This document shows, one piece after another, positions 46,996 to 55,498 of a stretch of DNA of 64,000 bases. A model generated the notes under the pieces. The model was not told where the DNA came from, did no database searches, and worked only from the letters and a program-made list of their open reading frames with translations. Every line of letters begins with the position of its first letter. The stretch's first letter is position 1. The stretch is taken from IMG/VR virus record IMGVR_UViG_3300022777_000060. One strand, given 5' to 3'. This stretch comes from a virus. The translations under genes and the position numbers were made by a program.

Positions 46996-48132
46996 CTAGT
47001 TCAGCTGGAAGCCGCTCGGGACAGGCACGAGGTTTTCCATGTCGAACCGATCGCGTTCGAGAAGTCCACCAGCCTTGACCATAAGGCGGGACTGTTCCAC
47101 GTCAGAAACGTTGAAGCCGTCCGACGTGAAGTCGTGGGAAGCGAAGCGAGTGAGCCCATTGATAGCGTCCCACAGCTTCACAGGAGTCACGGCATTCCGC
47201 TTCTGACGCTCCGTGAGATCCGACGGCTCAATGCCATCATTGCGGTACTCGGAGCGAACGCCACGAAGCGGAACGAACCGCTCAACCTGTTCAGGGTTGT
47301 CGCCGTCGTAGTGGCGGCCGATGGAAGCGTGAATGTCCTCAAGCTCGCGCAGGGAAGCGTACGTTCCGTTGGCACGGCTTACCGACTCACCGAACGCTTC
47401 GGGAAGGAACCCGTTGTCGGCAACCTGGTCGATCTGATCGAACAGCTCGAACACGGCGTCAGTTTCGAGGCTGTTGATTTCCATGTCGTCGCCCCAAAAC
47501 TCGCCAATCATGCCGTTCGTGCAGATCATTCGGTACAGGTACGACTCGAACTGAACCTGTCCAAGTCGCGTCGCGATCGAGAGCCCCGCCTTGAACGTTT
47601 CGTCGTCAAGGGCGTCACCGAAGCCGTCGAGGTTGATCTGACGGTCGGACTTCTTTAGGGACGCTCGAACCGTACCGTCCGTACCAATGACCGTATCCTC
47701 AATGTCGAGGTTATACCGTTCGATGATCCGCTCGGCAAGGTCGAAGTACCCCTCCATCGAAATCATCTGGCCGACGTCGTCATTGAGCCCAACGACGGAC
47801 TGTTCGGAGCGGTCAATCGCAACGGTTACAGGCGTGTCATCCTCCTGTGCCAGCCCGTTACGCATCGCTTCGACGAGCTGAGTGCTCGTGCCTTCGCCAA
47901 TGCGCTTGTCGGCACGGCGGCTAAACCGCTTAGGCACGCCAGCAATCGAGCGAAGGTCGTCCAACCCACTGTCGTCAAGCGGAAGGGTCTTTCCGTCCAC
48001 TTCAACAGCTTCGTCGGAGCCAACCCGAATGTCAGAGAGGTTTGTGTCGTAAAGAAGCGGCTGCTGTTCGAGAGCCGCGTCGCGAAAATCGGAGAAATCG
48101 TTCATAACGTTGAGAGATCGGTTGGTTCTCAT
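46996..48132 (-). CDS. DUF932-like protein
   Basis: YLYRMICTNGM and LWDAINGLT motifs. Confidence 0.6.
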   Translation of the reverse strand: MRTNRSLNVMNDFSDFRDAALEQQPLLYDTNLSDIRVGSDEAVEVDGKTLPLDDSGLDDLRSIAGVPKRFSRRADKRIGEGTSTQLVEAMRNGLAQEDDTPVTVAIDRSEQSVVGLNDDVGQMISMEGYFDLAERIIERYNLDIEDTVIGTDGTVRASLKKSDRQINLDGFGDALDDETFKAGLSIATRLGQVQFESYLYRMICTNGMIGEFWGDDMEINSLETDAVFELFDQIDQVADNGFLPEAFGESVSRANGTYASLRELEDIHASIGRHYDGDNPEQVERFVPLRGVRSEYRNDGIEPSDLTERQKRNAVTPVKLWDAINGLTRFASHDFTSDGFNVSDVEQSRLMVKAGGLLERDRFDMENLVPVPSGFQLN

Positions 48133-48203
48133 TCAATGATGCACCCCTTTATATGGGATGCTCGAAAGTTAGTTCCCAGACTTATGTGAAGTCTGAATGA
48201 AGC

Positions 48204-49304
48204 CTACTTCAAGTCCATTTCCTCGGCGAGCTTGTTGGCGTAATACCACGTGAGCGGCTCTTCCACCACGCCAATCTCGGCAAGCGTGTCCGCAACGTCC
48301 GACACGTTTCCGTCTTCGTATTCGAACACCCGTTCGTACACGGCGGGCTCAATGTCGGACTTATCGACGGGGAGTGAGCTGTGAACGGAAGCGGCAAACC
48401 CTTCAATCTCCGCAAGCTCGCCTTCGGCCGAACCGTTCTCCATACCCGGTCGAGTTTCGGGTTCAGGCATGTTCTCGCCGCTTGAAGATCCGTTCAGCAG
48501 ATCGTCGATGCTGTCGAACTCTTGCTGTTGCTCTTCTTGTCGCTCCTGTTCCTGTTCAACGAAGTCAATCGCTTCCTCTTCGCTCTCTCGACGGTCGCCG
48601 TCGAACACGATCTCATCTTCCTTGATGCGATAGAAGAGCTTGCGGTGGGCGTCGCCACGACGGTTCTTTTCGAACACAAGGTGGGATTCGTTTCCGTCAA
48701 CGACCATCTTGAGGTTGGCCGTCATAAGGTGCTCAAGCCGCTTGCTGCCAGCGAAATCGCCGCTCTTCAACACCTGCTGAATGACGTAGAAGCACGTGTG
48801 CGTTCCCGTGCCGTTGTCGTCAATCATGGCGTCGTTCATAAGGGAAATCAACTCCCGCTCAGTCTTGGTTTTCGTCCACCCCTTTTCGTCAGCGACGATA
48901 TCCTTGAGTTCCTTGAACGAGTCGATTGCCACCATGTCGAATCCCGACTCAATCAGCGTTTTGACGTCTTCCCAAATATCACGCTGAAAGTCAGGAAAGT
49001 AAATGTCCAGCGAATCCCAGTGCGGAAAGCGCTGCGTGTAGGACGCCATATCGATCTCGTTCATTTCCATCGAAATGAACAGGGCGTCGCCGCCTTGAGC
49101 TTGAATGTCACTCAAGATCTCGCACACAAGCGTCGTCTTTCCGCTTCCCGGGTCGCCCGTGAGCATCGTTGCGGTGGCGGGCATGACTCCCCCCTTATTC
49201 GAGAGGAAGTCGTTGAGGACCGAATCAGACGTTTTGAGAGGCTCGAAAATGCTCGGATCGATGTCCAGATCCGAGATTCGAGTTGTGAGGTTTGTATTGG
49301 CCAT
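48204..49304 (-). CDS. RadA/Sms-like RecA-fold ATPase with acidic C-terminal tail
   Basis: TGDPGSGKTT, FISMEM, VAIDSF, KSGDFAGSKRLEH, KNRRG. Confidence 0.8.
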   Translation of the reverse strand: MANTNLTTRISDLDIDPSIFEPLKTSDSVLNDFLSNKGGVMPATATMLTGDPGSGKTTLVCEILSDIQAQGGDALFISMEMNEIDMASYTQRFPHWDSLDIYFPDFQRDIWEDVKTLIESGFDMVAIDSFKELKDIVADEKGWTKTKTERELISLMNDAMIDDNGTGTHTCFYVIQQVLKSGDFAGSKRLEHLMTANLKMVVDGNESHLVFEKNRRGDAHRKLFYRIKEDEIVFDGDRRESEEEAIDFVEQEQERQEEQQQEFDSIDDLLNGSSSGENMPEPETRPGMENGSAEGELAEIEGFAASVHSSLPVDKSDIEPAVYERVFEYEDGNVSDVADTLAEIGVVEEPLTWYYANKLAEEMDLK

Positions 49305-49397
49305 AGTGGAGTGGAGGTTGGTTGATTATCACTCTATCTAATCCACTCCATTCAATGAGCTCGCGACGACTCGGTTCCGGCGCGACTCGCCATTCAC

Positions 49398-49568
49398 CTA
49401 GTCTTCATCGTCGCGAAGCGCGTCCTGAATCTTTTTTGTCTGGTTGCGGGACTTCCAGTACTCTTGGTCTTCCCCGAGGGCATCGTTCACGTCTTGTGCG
49501 CTTGCGTCAGACTCTTCATCGTCGGAGTCGTCGAGGTTGTCAAGTGCGTCAAACAGTTTGTCGCTCAT
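49398..49568 (-). CDS. Small acidic protein (MSDKLFDALDNL)
   Basis: ATG 49568 downstream of TACTTATA at 49595-49602. Confidence 0.55.
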   Translation of the reverse strand: MSDKLFDALDNLDDSDDEESDASAQDVNDALGEDQEYWKSRNQTKKIQDALRDDED

Positions 49569-49594
49569 GGCTTTTTGTGTTGTGTCTGTGCTTT

Positions 49595-49602
49595 TATAAG
49601 TA
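49595..49602 (-). promoter_or_regulatory. Putative late promoter TACTTATA
   Basis: Upstream of the 49568 start. Confidence 0.5.
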
Positions 49603-49941
49603 TCACTCATTCCACAAATCTTCCACGTGCTCCCCACACGCACGAATGAATCCACCGGTCTGATCGCTCTCTAATATGTTGTATGCCATAAGCAAAATGT
49701 CGGTGTCGCGACGACTGATTTCGATTGAAGCGCTGATTGGGTTCTTCCTGTCGCGAAGTTGAACGTCGCCTGTAAACGTGTAGCCTGCTCCGGAGAAATC
49801 GAGTCGAAGAAAGAGTTGATTGTCGAAATGAATGTCTACTGCTGGCTCGGTGGTCGGAAAACGTACGCTGTCTATTCGGTGGCTCTCAAGCCACTCTTCC
49901 AGCTCTTCAGCTTCTCTTTTCGCATAAGATATTTTGGGCAT
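49603..49941 (-). CDS. Hypothetical protein
   Basis: ORF track. Confidence 0.6.
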   Translation of the reverse strand: MPKISYAKREAEELEEWLESHRIDSVRFPTTEPAVDIHFDNQLFLRLDFSGAGYTFTGDVQLRDRKNPISASIEISRRDTDILLMAYNILESDQTGGFIRACGEHVEDLWNE

Positions 49942-49948
49942 TGTGGTT

Positions 49949-50623
49949 TCATTCGCTTACTTCAAGCAAGGTCCAGGGGCCGCTATCGTTTCGGCACTGA
50001 ACTTTCTTCTTTGCGTACTTCCACTTCACGTCAAACTCTTCGCCGTCCGCATTCTGGACATAGACCTTATCGTTCCGGCCAAGTTCGTCCAGCTCGTCTT
50101 TCTCGAACGGCTGATGCTGGACTTCACGTTCATAAATGGTCTTGCCGTTGAGGTGGTCGATTTCGTGTTGAGCGGCAATCGACTCTAGGTATGGCTCGCT
50201 GGTCTGTTTCGTGTGTTCATCTTCTTCAAGGCGATCGCTCCACCGATCGGGGCCAAAAGAAAGACGCCCCCCGATTTCGTTCCACTCTCCCACCGATTCT
50301 CGCATCCACCGATCAGCCTCAACCTCAATCCAAATGCTGCGCTCTGTGCGGACTTCGGCGTTGGGAATCGAAAGACACCCCTCTGTCGTGTGCGTCGTGC
50401 CTTCTCGACTCACAATCTTTGGATTGACAAAAAGAATGTCCTCCATGACCGACACGAGGCACGTGCAGGAGTTCTGAATGCCGATCTGATTGGCACTCAA
50501 GCCATACCCCTTATATCGGGAGAAAGCGTCTACAACCCTCTCAGCAACCTCACTGTGCTCGACGGATGGATCGTGTCGAACGGGTTGGCGAAGCTGGCTG
50601 AGGTTCGTGACGAGATTGCTCAT
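49949..50623 (-). CDS. def: Peptide deformylase
   Basis: GLSANQIG, EGCLS, QHEIDHLNG. Confidence 0.93.
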   Translation of the reverse strand: MSNLVTNLSQLRQPVRHDPSVEHSEVAERVVDAFSRYKGYGLSANQIGIQNSCTCLVSVMEDILFVNPKIVSREGTTHTTEGCLSIPNAEVRTERSIWIEVEADRWMRESVGEWNEIGGRLSFGPDRWSDRLEEDEHTKQTSEPYLESIAAQHEIDHLNGKTIYEREVQHQPFEKDELDELGRNDKVYVQNADGEEFDVKWKYAKKKVQCRNDSGPWTLLEVSE

Positions 50624-51296
50624 TTGACGCGAGACTTGTTTTTTGGAAGAAACGAAAACGGTCGTCTTCGATGTTCGCCAACTGAATCTCGGAGTGAACT
50701 AAACTCCAACGTGGCGGTGAACTATTCAGAGAACGCTCGCTGTAAAAAAAAAGTGTCGATACTGGAAACGGCCGATTTTCGGAGGGCGAGTCGATGATCT
50801 GTTTTGCGACGGACAGCGCCGCGTGCCAACGGGGAATCTGACCTACATGTTTTGGCTCTAACCGAATATAAAACTTTCGGAGGGGGTTGCCCCTGTTGAA
50901 TGCAGAGAACTGCTTAGGAGTCAAGACAACGTCTCTGTACGTGTCTGCGCCTCGAAAGCCTGTGTCAAAACGGTTTCGCACGACCCATCCGACATACCGC
51001 ATTTCATGTGGCCGTTTCGTTTCTGAGTAAATCGCACGGGCAGTCCAAAGCAGCTCTTTTCGACGCGTCGCTTCCGCAATCACTTCAAGACTGTCAGCGC
51101 GCCGCCGCTGCCCTTGAAGATGCCGTCTGGTCTTTTTGAGTTGCCGCCTGGCGTGTCCTTCTTCTTCCCGAACCTGTTCGATTCGGTGCTCGTAGGAAGA
51201 AGAGACGTAGTTGACCGACGTAGAAAACCCGACAAAGACAATGAAAGAAGCGATGCTTACAAGAAGCGCCGCTTCAACCGGATGAAGTTTTATCAT
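50550..51296 (-). CDS. Cell-wall hydrolase, SleB/Hydrolase_2 family, with N-terminal TM
   Basis: WTARAIYSE, VGWVVRNR, VVLTPKQFSAFN. Confidence 0.8.
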   Translation of the reverse strand: MIKLHPVEAALLVSIASFIVFVGFSTSVNYVSSSYEHRIEQVREEEGHARRQLKKTRRHLQGQRRRADSLEVIAEATRRKELLWTARAIYSETKRPHEMRYVGWVVRNRFDTGFRGADTYRDVVLTPKQFSAFNRGNPLRKFYIRLEPKHVGQIPRWHAALSVAKQIIDSPSENRPFPVSTLFFYSERSLNSSPPRWSLVHSEIQLANIEDDRFRFFQKTSLASNEQSRHEPQPASPTRSTRSIRRAQ

Positions 51297-51655
51297 GGTA
51301 CAAGCACCCCCCCTTCACCGTCGTCATCATCGGTTGGCGGGTCTTCATCACCGCCGCCCATTGGAGGGCCGCCGGGAAGGTCGGGGTCAACTTTTTCAAA
51401 AGTGATTCGCCAACGACCGAGGTCTTCACCGTCGATTGTCACGCCGTCAACCTCCATCATCGCCATATCATCGGTTTCTTGGCGAACTTTCGAGAGAAGA
51501 GAAATAAGAGCGGCCTCACGTTCGGAAACCTGCTCGCCAAAGTAATCCTCAAAGTCAATCGCCTTCTTTTTGACGAACGCTCCAAGGCTTGCGTCGTCCC
51601 AGTTCAGGTACGATCGCCCCTCTTCCTCTTCATCTGTGGTGATAAGTTCAGCCAT
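51293..51655 (-). CDS. Hypothetical protein
   Basis: ORF track. Confidence 0.65.
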   Translation of the reverse strand: MAELITTDEEEEGRSYLNWDDASLGAFVKKKAIDFEDYFGEQVSEREAALISLLSKVRQETDDMAMMEVDGVTIDGEDLGRWRITFEKVDPDLPGGPPMGGGDEDPPTDDDDGEGGVLVP

Positions 51656-52170
51656 TACTGTTGTGTTTTTACTTTCTCTGAGCCCATTTGTTCAAGCTCG
51701 TCGCGAATCTCCGCCGCCGTTTCATACTCTTCCTGTTCAACGAAGAAATCCATGGCCGCCGACAAGTTTTCCTCTTTCTGTTCGAGTTTGTAGGCAAAGG
51801 TGACGCCCCCTGCTCGAAACATGTCGACGATGATCGGGAACTCTTCTTCGATTCTTTCGGCCGTGCTGCGAATCAACTCTTCTCGGATATCCGGCCACTC
51901 CCCTTGAATCGCCTCACCGACTTTTTCTGGCTCGATTTCAGTCAGACTTTGATCCGGTTGCGGATCTTCCCCAATCTCCGGAAACTTGATGTATACCCGT
52001 TCAGCGACTTCGAGAAGCGATTCAATCAACTCTTCGTCGTAGTCAACCTGCGGGTTTTGGGATGCCGCCTGCATAGCAAAGAGCTTCAAGGCGTCGTCTC
52101 CTGCCACTTCGCGAACGCTTACATACTCTTCGTCGCCCATCAGGTGTTCGATAAATCCTTCACTGAGCAT
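51655..52170 (-). CDS. Protein with C-terminal UVR (UvrB/C) helix pair
   Basis: AMDFFVEQEEYETAAEIRDEL. Confidence 0.7.
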   Translation of the reverse strand: MLSEGFIEHLMGDEEYVSVREVAGDDALKLFAMQAASQNPQVDYDEELIESLLEVAERVYIKFPEIGEDPQPDQSLTEIEPEKVGEAIQGEWPDIREELIRSTAERIEEEFPIIVDMFRAGGVTFAYKLEQKEENLSAAMDFFVEQEEYETAAEIRDELEQMGSEKVKTQQ

Positions 52171-52393
52171 AATCTGACTCTTGGTAGAGTTGTTCGAGAG
52201 TTTGTTTGGTTTCGCCGGTGGCGCGAGTCGGAGACATCATTTCTCCGTATCCGTCATGCGGAACCCACTTCACGAGTTCTCCGTCACGCGTCACACGTGT
52301 CCACTTTGTAGCCCGCCATTCGCCGTGAGGCTCATCAAAGTCATAAACCTCACGGCGAATGGTTTTCTCGCTACGTTCCTTCAGCTCAAGCAT
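52160..52393 (-). CDS. Hypothetical protein
   Basis: Likely ATG 52393 (MLELKERSEK). Confidence 0.55.
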   Translation of the reverse strand: MLELKERSEKTIRREVYDFDEPHGEWRATKWTRVTRDGELVKWVPHDGYGEMMSPTRATGETKQTLEQLYQESDYAQ

Positions 52394-52739
52394 TGTCGTT
52401 GGAGTAGCCTTCGAGAAGGTCGTAGATTTCGTCTTCGATGTCCTTCTCTTCGCGCCAGTCGTCGGCGGTCTTATCGGCAAGCCCGAGCCGCTCAAATCGC
52501 TGCGACCACTTGGAGTACATGTCGTTGAGGTCGTGCATTTCCTCTTCCTCCAAGTATCCGTGCTCGTTCACGAAGAGGATTGCGGAAACCGCTTCCTCGA
52601 AGTCCGGGTGCCACTCGTTTTCGTCTTCTTCAAGTGGATCAACCTCTTCGCACTGAGTGATGAAGAAAGTGAGAAGGTGAAGCTTGTTTTTGAGCTTGAT
52701 TGCCTGCTCTTCGTCGATGTCCTCGTTCATAAGTATCAA
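52386..52739 (-). CDS. Acidic hypothetical protein
   Basis: ORF track. Confidence 0.65.
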   Translation of the reverse strand: MILMNEDIDEEQAIKLKNKLHLLTFFITQCEEVDPLEEDENEWHPDFEEAVSAILFVNEHGYLEEEEMHDLNDMYSKWSQRFERLGLADKTADDWREEKDIEDEIYDLLEGYSNDNA

Positions 52740-52767
52740 GTATGAGCTTGTTTTGATGGTTGTCGCG

Positions 52768-52802
52768 AAAAACGGTGCGCCCTGTTAGGTGACGCACCGT
52801 TT
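52768..52802 (-). terminator. Intrinsic terminator after the alpha-CTD-like gene
   Basis: AAACGGTGCG/CGCACCGTTT + TT. Confidence 0.75.
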
Positions 52803-52849
52803 ATACGTGGGCTTCCTTGCGGAAGTTCCGAAAAGTGAAGATGTTTCAA

Positions 52850-53260
52850 CTACTCTTCACGAAGAATGGTATCGCCCAAAGTCTGCCGAATGTCGTCGGC
52901 GTATCCACCGCCAATGCCGGGAATGTTCGTGTAGTCGTCGTATTCGGCAAGGTCTGCTACGGTTTCAACGCCCGCTTTTTTGAGCGCATTTTTCGCTCGC
53001 GTCGAAAGATCGAGATCTTCAATAGCAACTTCGTCAAGCGGTTGCTCAATCGGATCCTCGGGATAAGGCCGTGTTGGCGGATCTTCAATCGGATTGTCAA
53101 TCGGCTGCTCGCGAATGTCGTCGTCGCGATCACCATTTCCCCCGCCACCGACTCCGTCTTCAACTTCATCGGTGTCATCACCTGCGAAGGCAATCTTGTA
53201 GATCCCGAAGAGAAATGCTGCCGAAAATACGATGATGAAAAAAATAGAAAGCGTGCTCAT
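52850..53260 (-). CDS. Membrane-anchored protein with RNA polymerase alpha-CTD-like (HhH) domain
   Basis: N-terminal TM; acidic/Pro linker; IEDLDLSTRAKNALKKAGVETVADL...IPGIG. Confidence 0.75.
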   Translation of the reverse strand: MSTLSIFFIIVFSAAFLFGIYKIAFAGDDTDEVEDGVGGGGNGDRDDDIREQPIDNPIEDPPTRPYPEDPIEQPLDEVAIEDLDLSTRAKNALKKAGVETVADLAEYDDYTNIPGIGGGYADDIRQTLGDTILREE

Positions 53261-53342
53261 ATCGTGTATTGTGAGTTTTGTTCAAGTGTTCGCGTATTTA
53301 TATATCTCGCTATTCCCCCTCACCGCTTGAACTTTTCGTCAA

Positions 53343-53810
53343 TCATTCTCCCCGAAAGCGCCAAACGTGAACGTTGTCAGGAAGCTGCTCAACGATTGGC
53401 ATCACTTCATCTTGACTGCGACCGCCGTTCCCGATTCCCGGAAAGTTCAGGTCGAATCGCCGCTCAGAATACTTGTGAGCTATTTGTCCAAGCGACTTTG
53501 TGGACTGTTCAATGAGGGAAAGGTCGGCGTCGTTTTTGAAATGAGTTTTCACCTGAAAAGCGACCATCTGATCGATCTCCGAACGGTTTGACGGCATCAC
53601 CCCGTATGTTCCAAGATGGCCGCAAGTCTTTTCGATCTTTTTCCCAAGAGCAAGAGGCAAATCATCAAACAACTCTTTTGCTTGCTTCGCGATTCCTCGC
53701 CCCATCACAACTTCCCCGTCATTGCGAATGTAGCTGTTTGTCGTAATACAAAACGCGTCGGTCTTATCAAACGCGTTCCACATGTTCCCCCTCTCAAAGT
53801 TAGCAGCCAT
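53343..53810 (-). CDS. Macrodomain (ADP-ribose binding/hydrolase) protein
   Basis: GNMW...CITTN...VMGRGIAKQ...FQVK...FPGIGNGG. Confidence 0.8.
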   Translation of the reverse strand: MAANFERGNMWNAFDKTDAFCITTNSYIRNDGEVVMGRGIAKQAKELFDDLPLALGKKIEKTCGHLGTYGVMPSNRSEIDQMVAFQVKTHFKNDADLSLIEQSTKSLGQIAHKYSERRFDLNFPGIGNGGRSQDEVMPIVEQLPDNVHVWRFRGE

Positions 53811-54105
53811 CTTCTACTTCGTTGTATAGTTCAATAACCGTTGCGAGTTCACGAAGCGCTTGTGCTGGAGTGTCCGCAAAAGCGCTGGCGTCCCGGTTGT
53901 GTTCGAGCGCCATAAAATCTTCATCGGCTTCTGACCACTCCACAGTAACCGAAAGCTCCGGAGGATCATCAAACACTTCGTTGCCGCCAAACAGATCCCA
54001 GATATGATCATTAATTTTTCGTTGAAGCTCTGGCGGTTCGTCCACCGTGTTTTCGCGAATCTTCCGTTCAAACGAGTTGAGGATTTCTTTTTGCTCTTCA
54101 GTCAT
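53800..54105 (-). CDS. Hypothetical protein with HicB-like C-terminus
   Basis: EWSEADEDFMA...SAFADTPAQALREL. Confidence 0.55.
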   Translation of the reverse strand: MTEEQKEILNSFERKIRENTVDEPPELQRKINDHIWDLFGGNEVFDDPPELSVTVEWSEADEDFMALEHNRDASAFADTPAQALRELATVIELYNEVEDGC

Positions 54106-54509
54106 GATATATTTGCTGATCGAATGAGAATTTTGGTGTCTTGAATCCAGGCGTCATAGAAAGCAACCATTTCATCGTCTTCGTGTATCTCCACGACGCA
54201 ATTTACGATCTTCGTTTTGATATTGTTTTGGCAATCCCCCGAGTGATAATCTTGCCCAACCCACAAGTTGTGAAGGATTTGCTTTTCACTCTGTGCGCTA
54301 AACGATTCGCTAAACGCATAAGAAACTTCGTGCCTACACAAAAAGTCAAGCAAGTCTTCAACGCCGCCTAACACTTTCGTGGTCACATTGAATGGTGTTC
54401 CATCATATATGTCTGCTGGCGTGTCACACCGCTTCCAATGAAATGGAAGTTCCTGCTCCGAAAGCATACTCGTGAGCACAGAAACCCTTTCTTCAGGAAT
54501 GCTACTCAT
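54102..54509 (-). CDS. Hypothetical protein
   Basis: ORF track. Confidence 0.55.
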   Translation of the reverse strand: MSSIPEERVSVLTSMLSEQELPFHWKRCDTPADIYDGTPFNVTTKVLGGVEDLLDFLCRHEVSYAFSESFSAQSEKQILHNLWVGQDYHSGDCQNNIKTKIVNCVVEIHEDDEMVAFYDAWIQDTKILIRSANIS

Positions 54510-54891
54510 GTTGCCGCGTCATATACGTGTCTTGAAGATGATGTGGTTTTGTTTTCCGAAGAAGCTTTCGCGTTTCTTCCGACATCGCCTTGACCGCTTC
54601 TCCAGTTCAAATGCGCCGCGATAGAAGATTGTGCTTTGAACGGCTTCTTCGACTTCTCGTTCCTCTTGACTACGGATTCTCATAGGTCTTCGAGGGGATC
54701 GTCAATCGGATAGACTTGAGCATCGATGATTTACGAAAGCCGCTCGACTTTGTTTTCAAGCTCCGTGACTCGCTTTTTGAGCCGATCAATTTCTCGCTCG
54801 TTGTCGTCGGCTTGACTGCTGGAAAGTTCGCCAGCGCTAGGCGCGCCTCCGTTTGGCATACAAAAAAACTACCAGTGAAAAAGAAATGAAG

Positions 54892-54964
54892 CTCCCCAGC
54901 CTGGATTCGAACCAGGAACGACCGCATTAACAGTGCGGCATTCTACCAGTTGAATTACCGAGGA
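54892..54964 (-). tRNA. tRNA-Asn(GTT)
   Basis: Cloverleaf by eye; anticodon arm CCGCA-CTGTTAA-TGCGG. Confidence 0.92.
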
Positions 54965-54970
54965 ATGGAG

Positions 54971-55045
54971 CACGGACGGAAGGATTCGAACCCTCGACAC
55001 CCGGATTTGGAATCCGGTGCTCTGGCCTGGCTGAGCTACGCCCGT
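54971..55045 (-). tRNA. tRNA-Trp(CCA)
   Basis: CCGGA-TTCCAAA-TCCGG; T loop TTCGAAT. Confidence 0.92.
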
Positions 55046-55223
55046 AAGTATTAGACCCGATTCTGATTCATGATAAGCCTGTCTCGGGTCCTATGACAAG
55101 TAGGCCAACCTCGCCGGTTCTGGCGGAACCCTGTGAAGGTCCACCATACATGACACTCGCTCCCACAAAGCTTCTGTCATGCGCTGGAAACTGTTAGTGG
55201 GCAGTTTCCAGCAACCTTCTCAG
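55046..55223 (-). ncRNA. Candidate structured ncRNA between tRNA-Trp and tRNA-Gly
   Basis: Nested stems: 55183-93/55202-12 (11 bp), CATGACA/TGTCATG, GAAGGT/ACCTTC, GACCCGA/TCGGGTC. Confidence 0.5.
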
Positions 55224-55298
55224 ACAGCACGGTGGGATTTGAACCCACGGCCTTCTGCATGGCAAGCAGACGTTCTAGCCGAACTGAACTACGCACTG
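55224..55298 (-). tRNA. tRNA-Gly(GCC)
   Basis: TCTGC-TTGCCAT-GCAGA; U73. Confidence 0.92.
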
Positions 55299-55374
55299 TG
55301 GTAGCGGGGGGGAGATTTGAACTCCCACTGTGAGGATATGAGTCTCACGTGCTACCAGGTTACACTACCCCGCA
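55299..55374 (-). tRNA. tRNA(CAT), initiator-like body, encoded CCA
   Basis: Loop CTCATAT; 1:72 mismatch; GCGGGGT...CCCCGCTACCA. Confidence 0.85.
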
Positions 55375-55498
55375 ATGTACCACGTTTTGTTCAAGAGAAC
55401 GTGGAAACTCTTGGGGCCGTAAAGAGCGGTGAACTCCATATCGGCATCTCCACCACTCTGTTTTTCTGGATGAACAGAGAAACCGTCTGCTTTCTGTG

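Noticed and set aside
50744-50752. A9 homopolymer in the SleB-like gene as a frameshift or phase-variation site
   Set aside because: The frame is intact through it (TLFFYSE), and there is no alternative product of note.
54519-54859. Two tiny minus-strand ORFs (MPNGGAPS..., 42 aa; MRIRSQEE..., 54 aa)
   Set aside because: They are plausible genes but have no motif support, so I did not list them as features.
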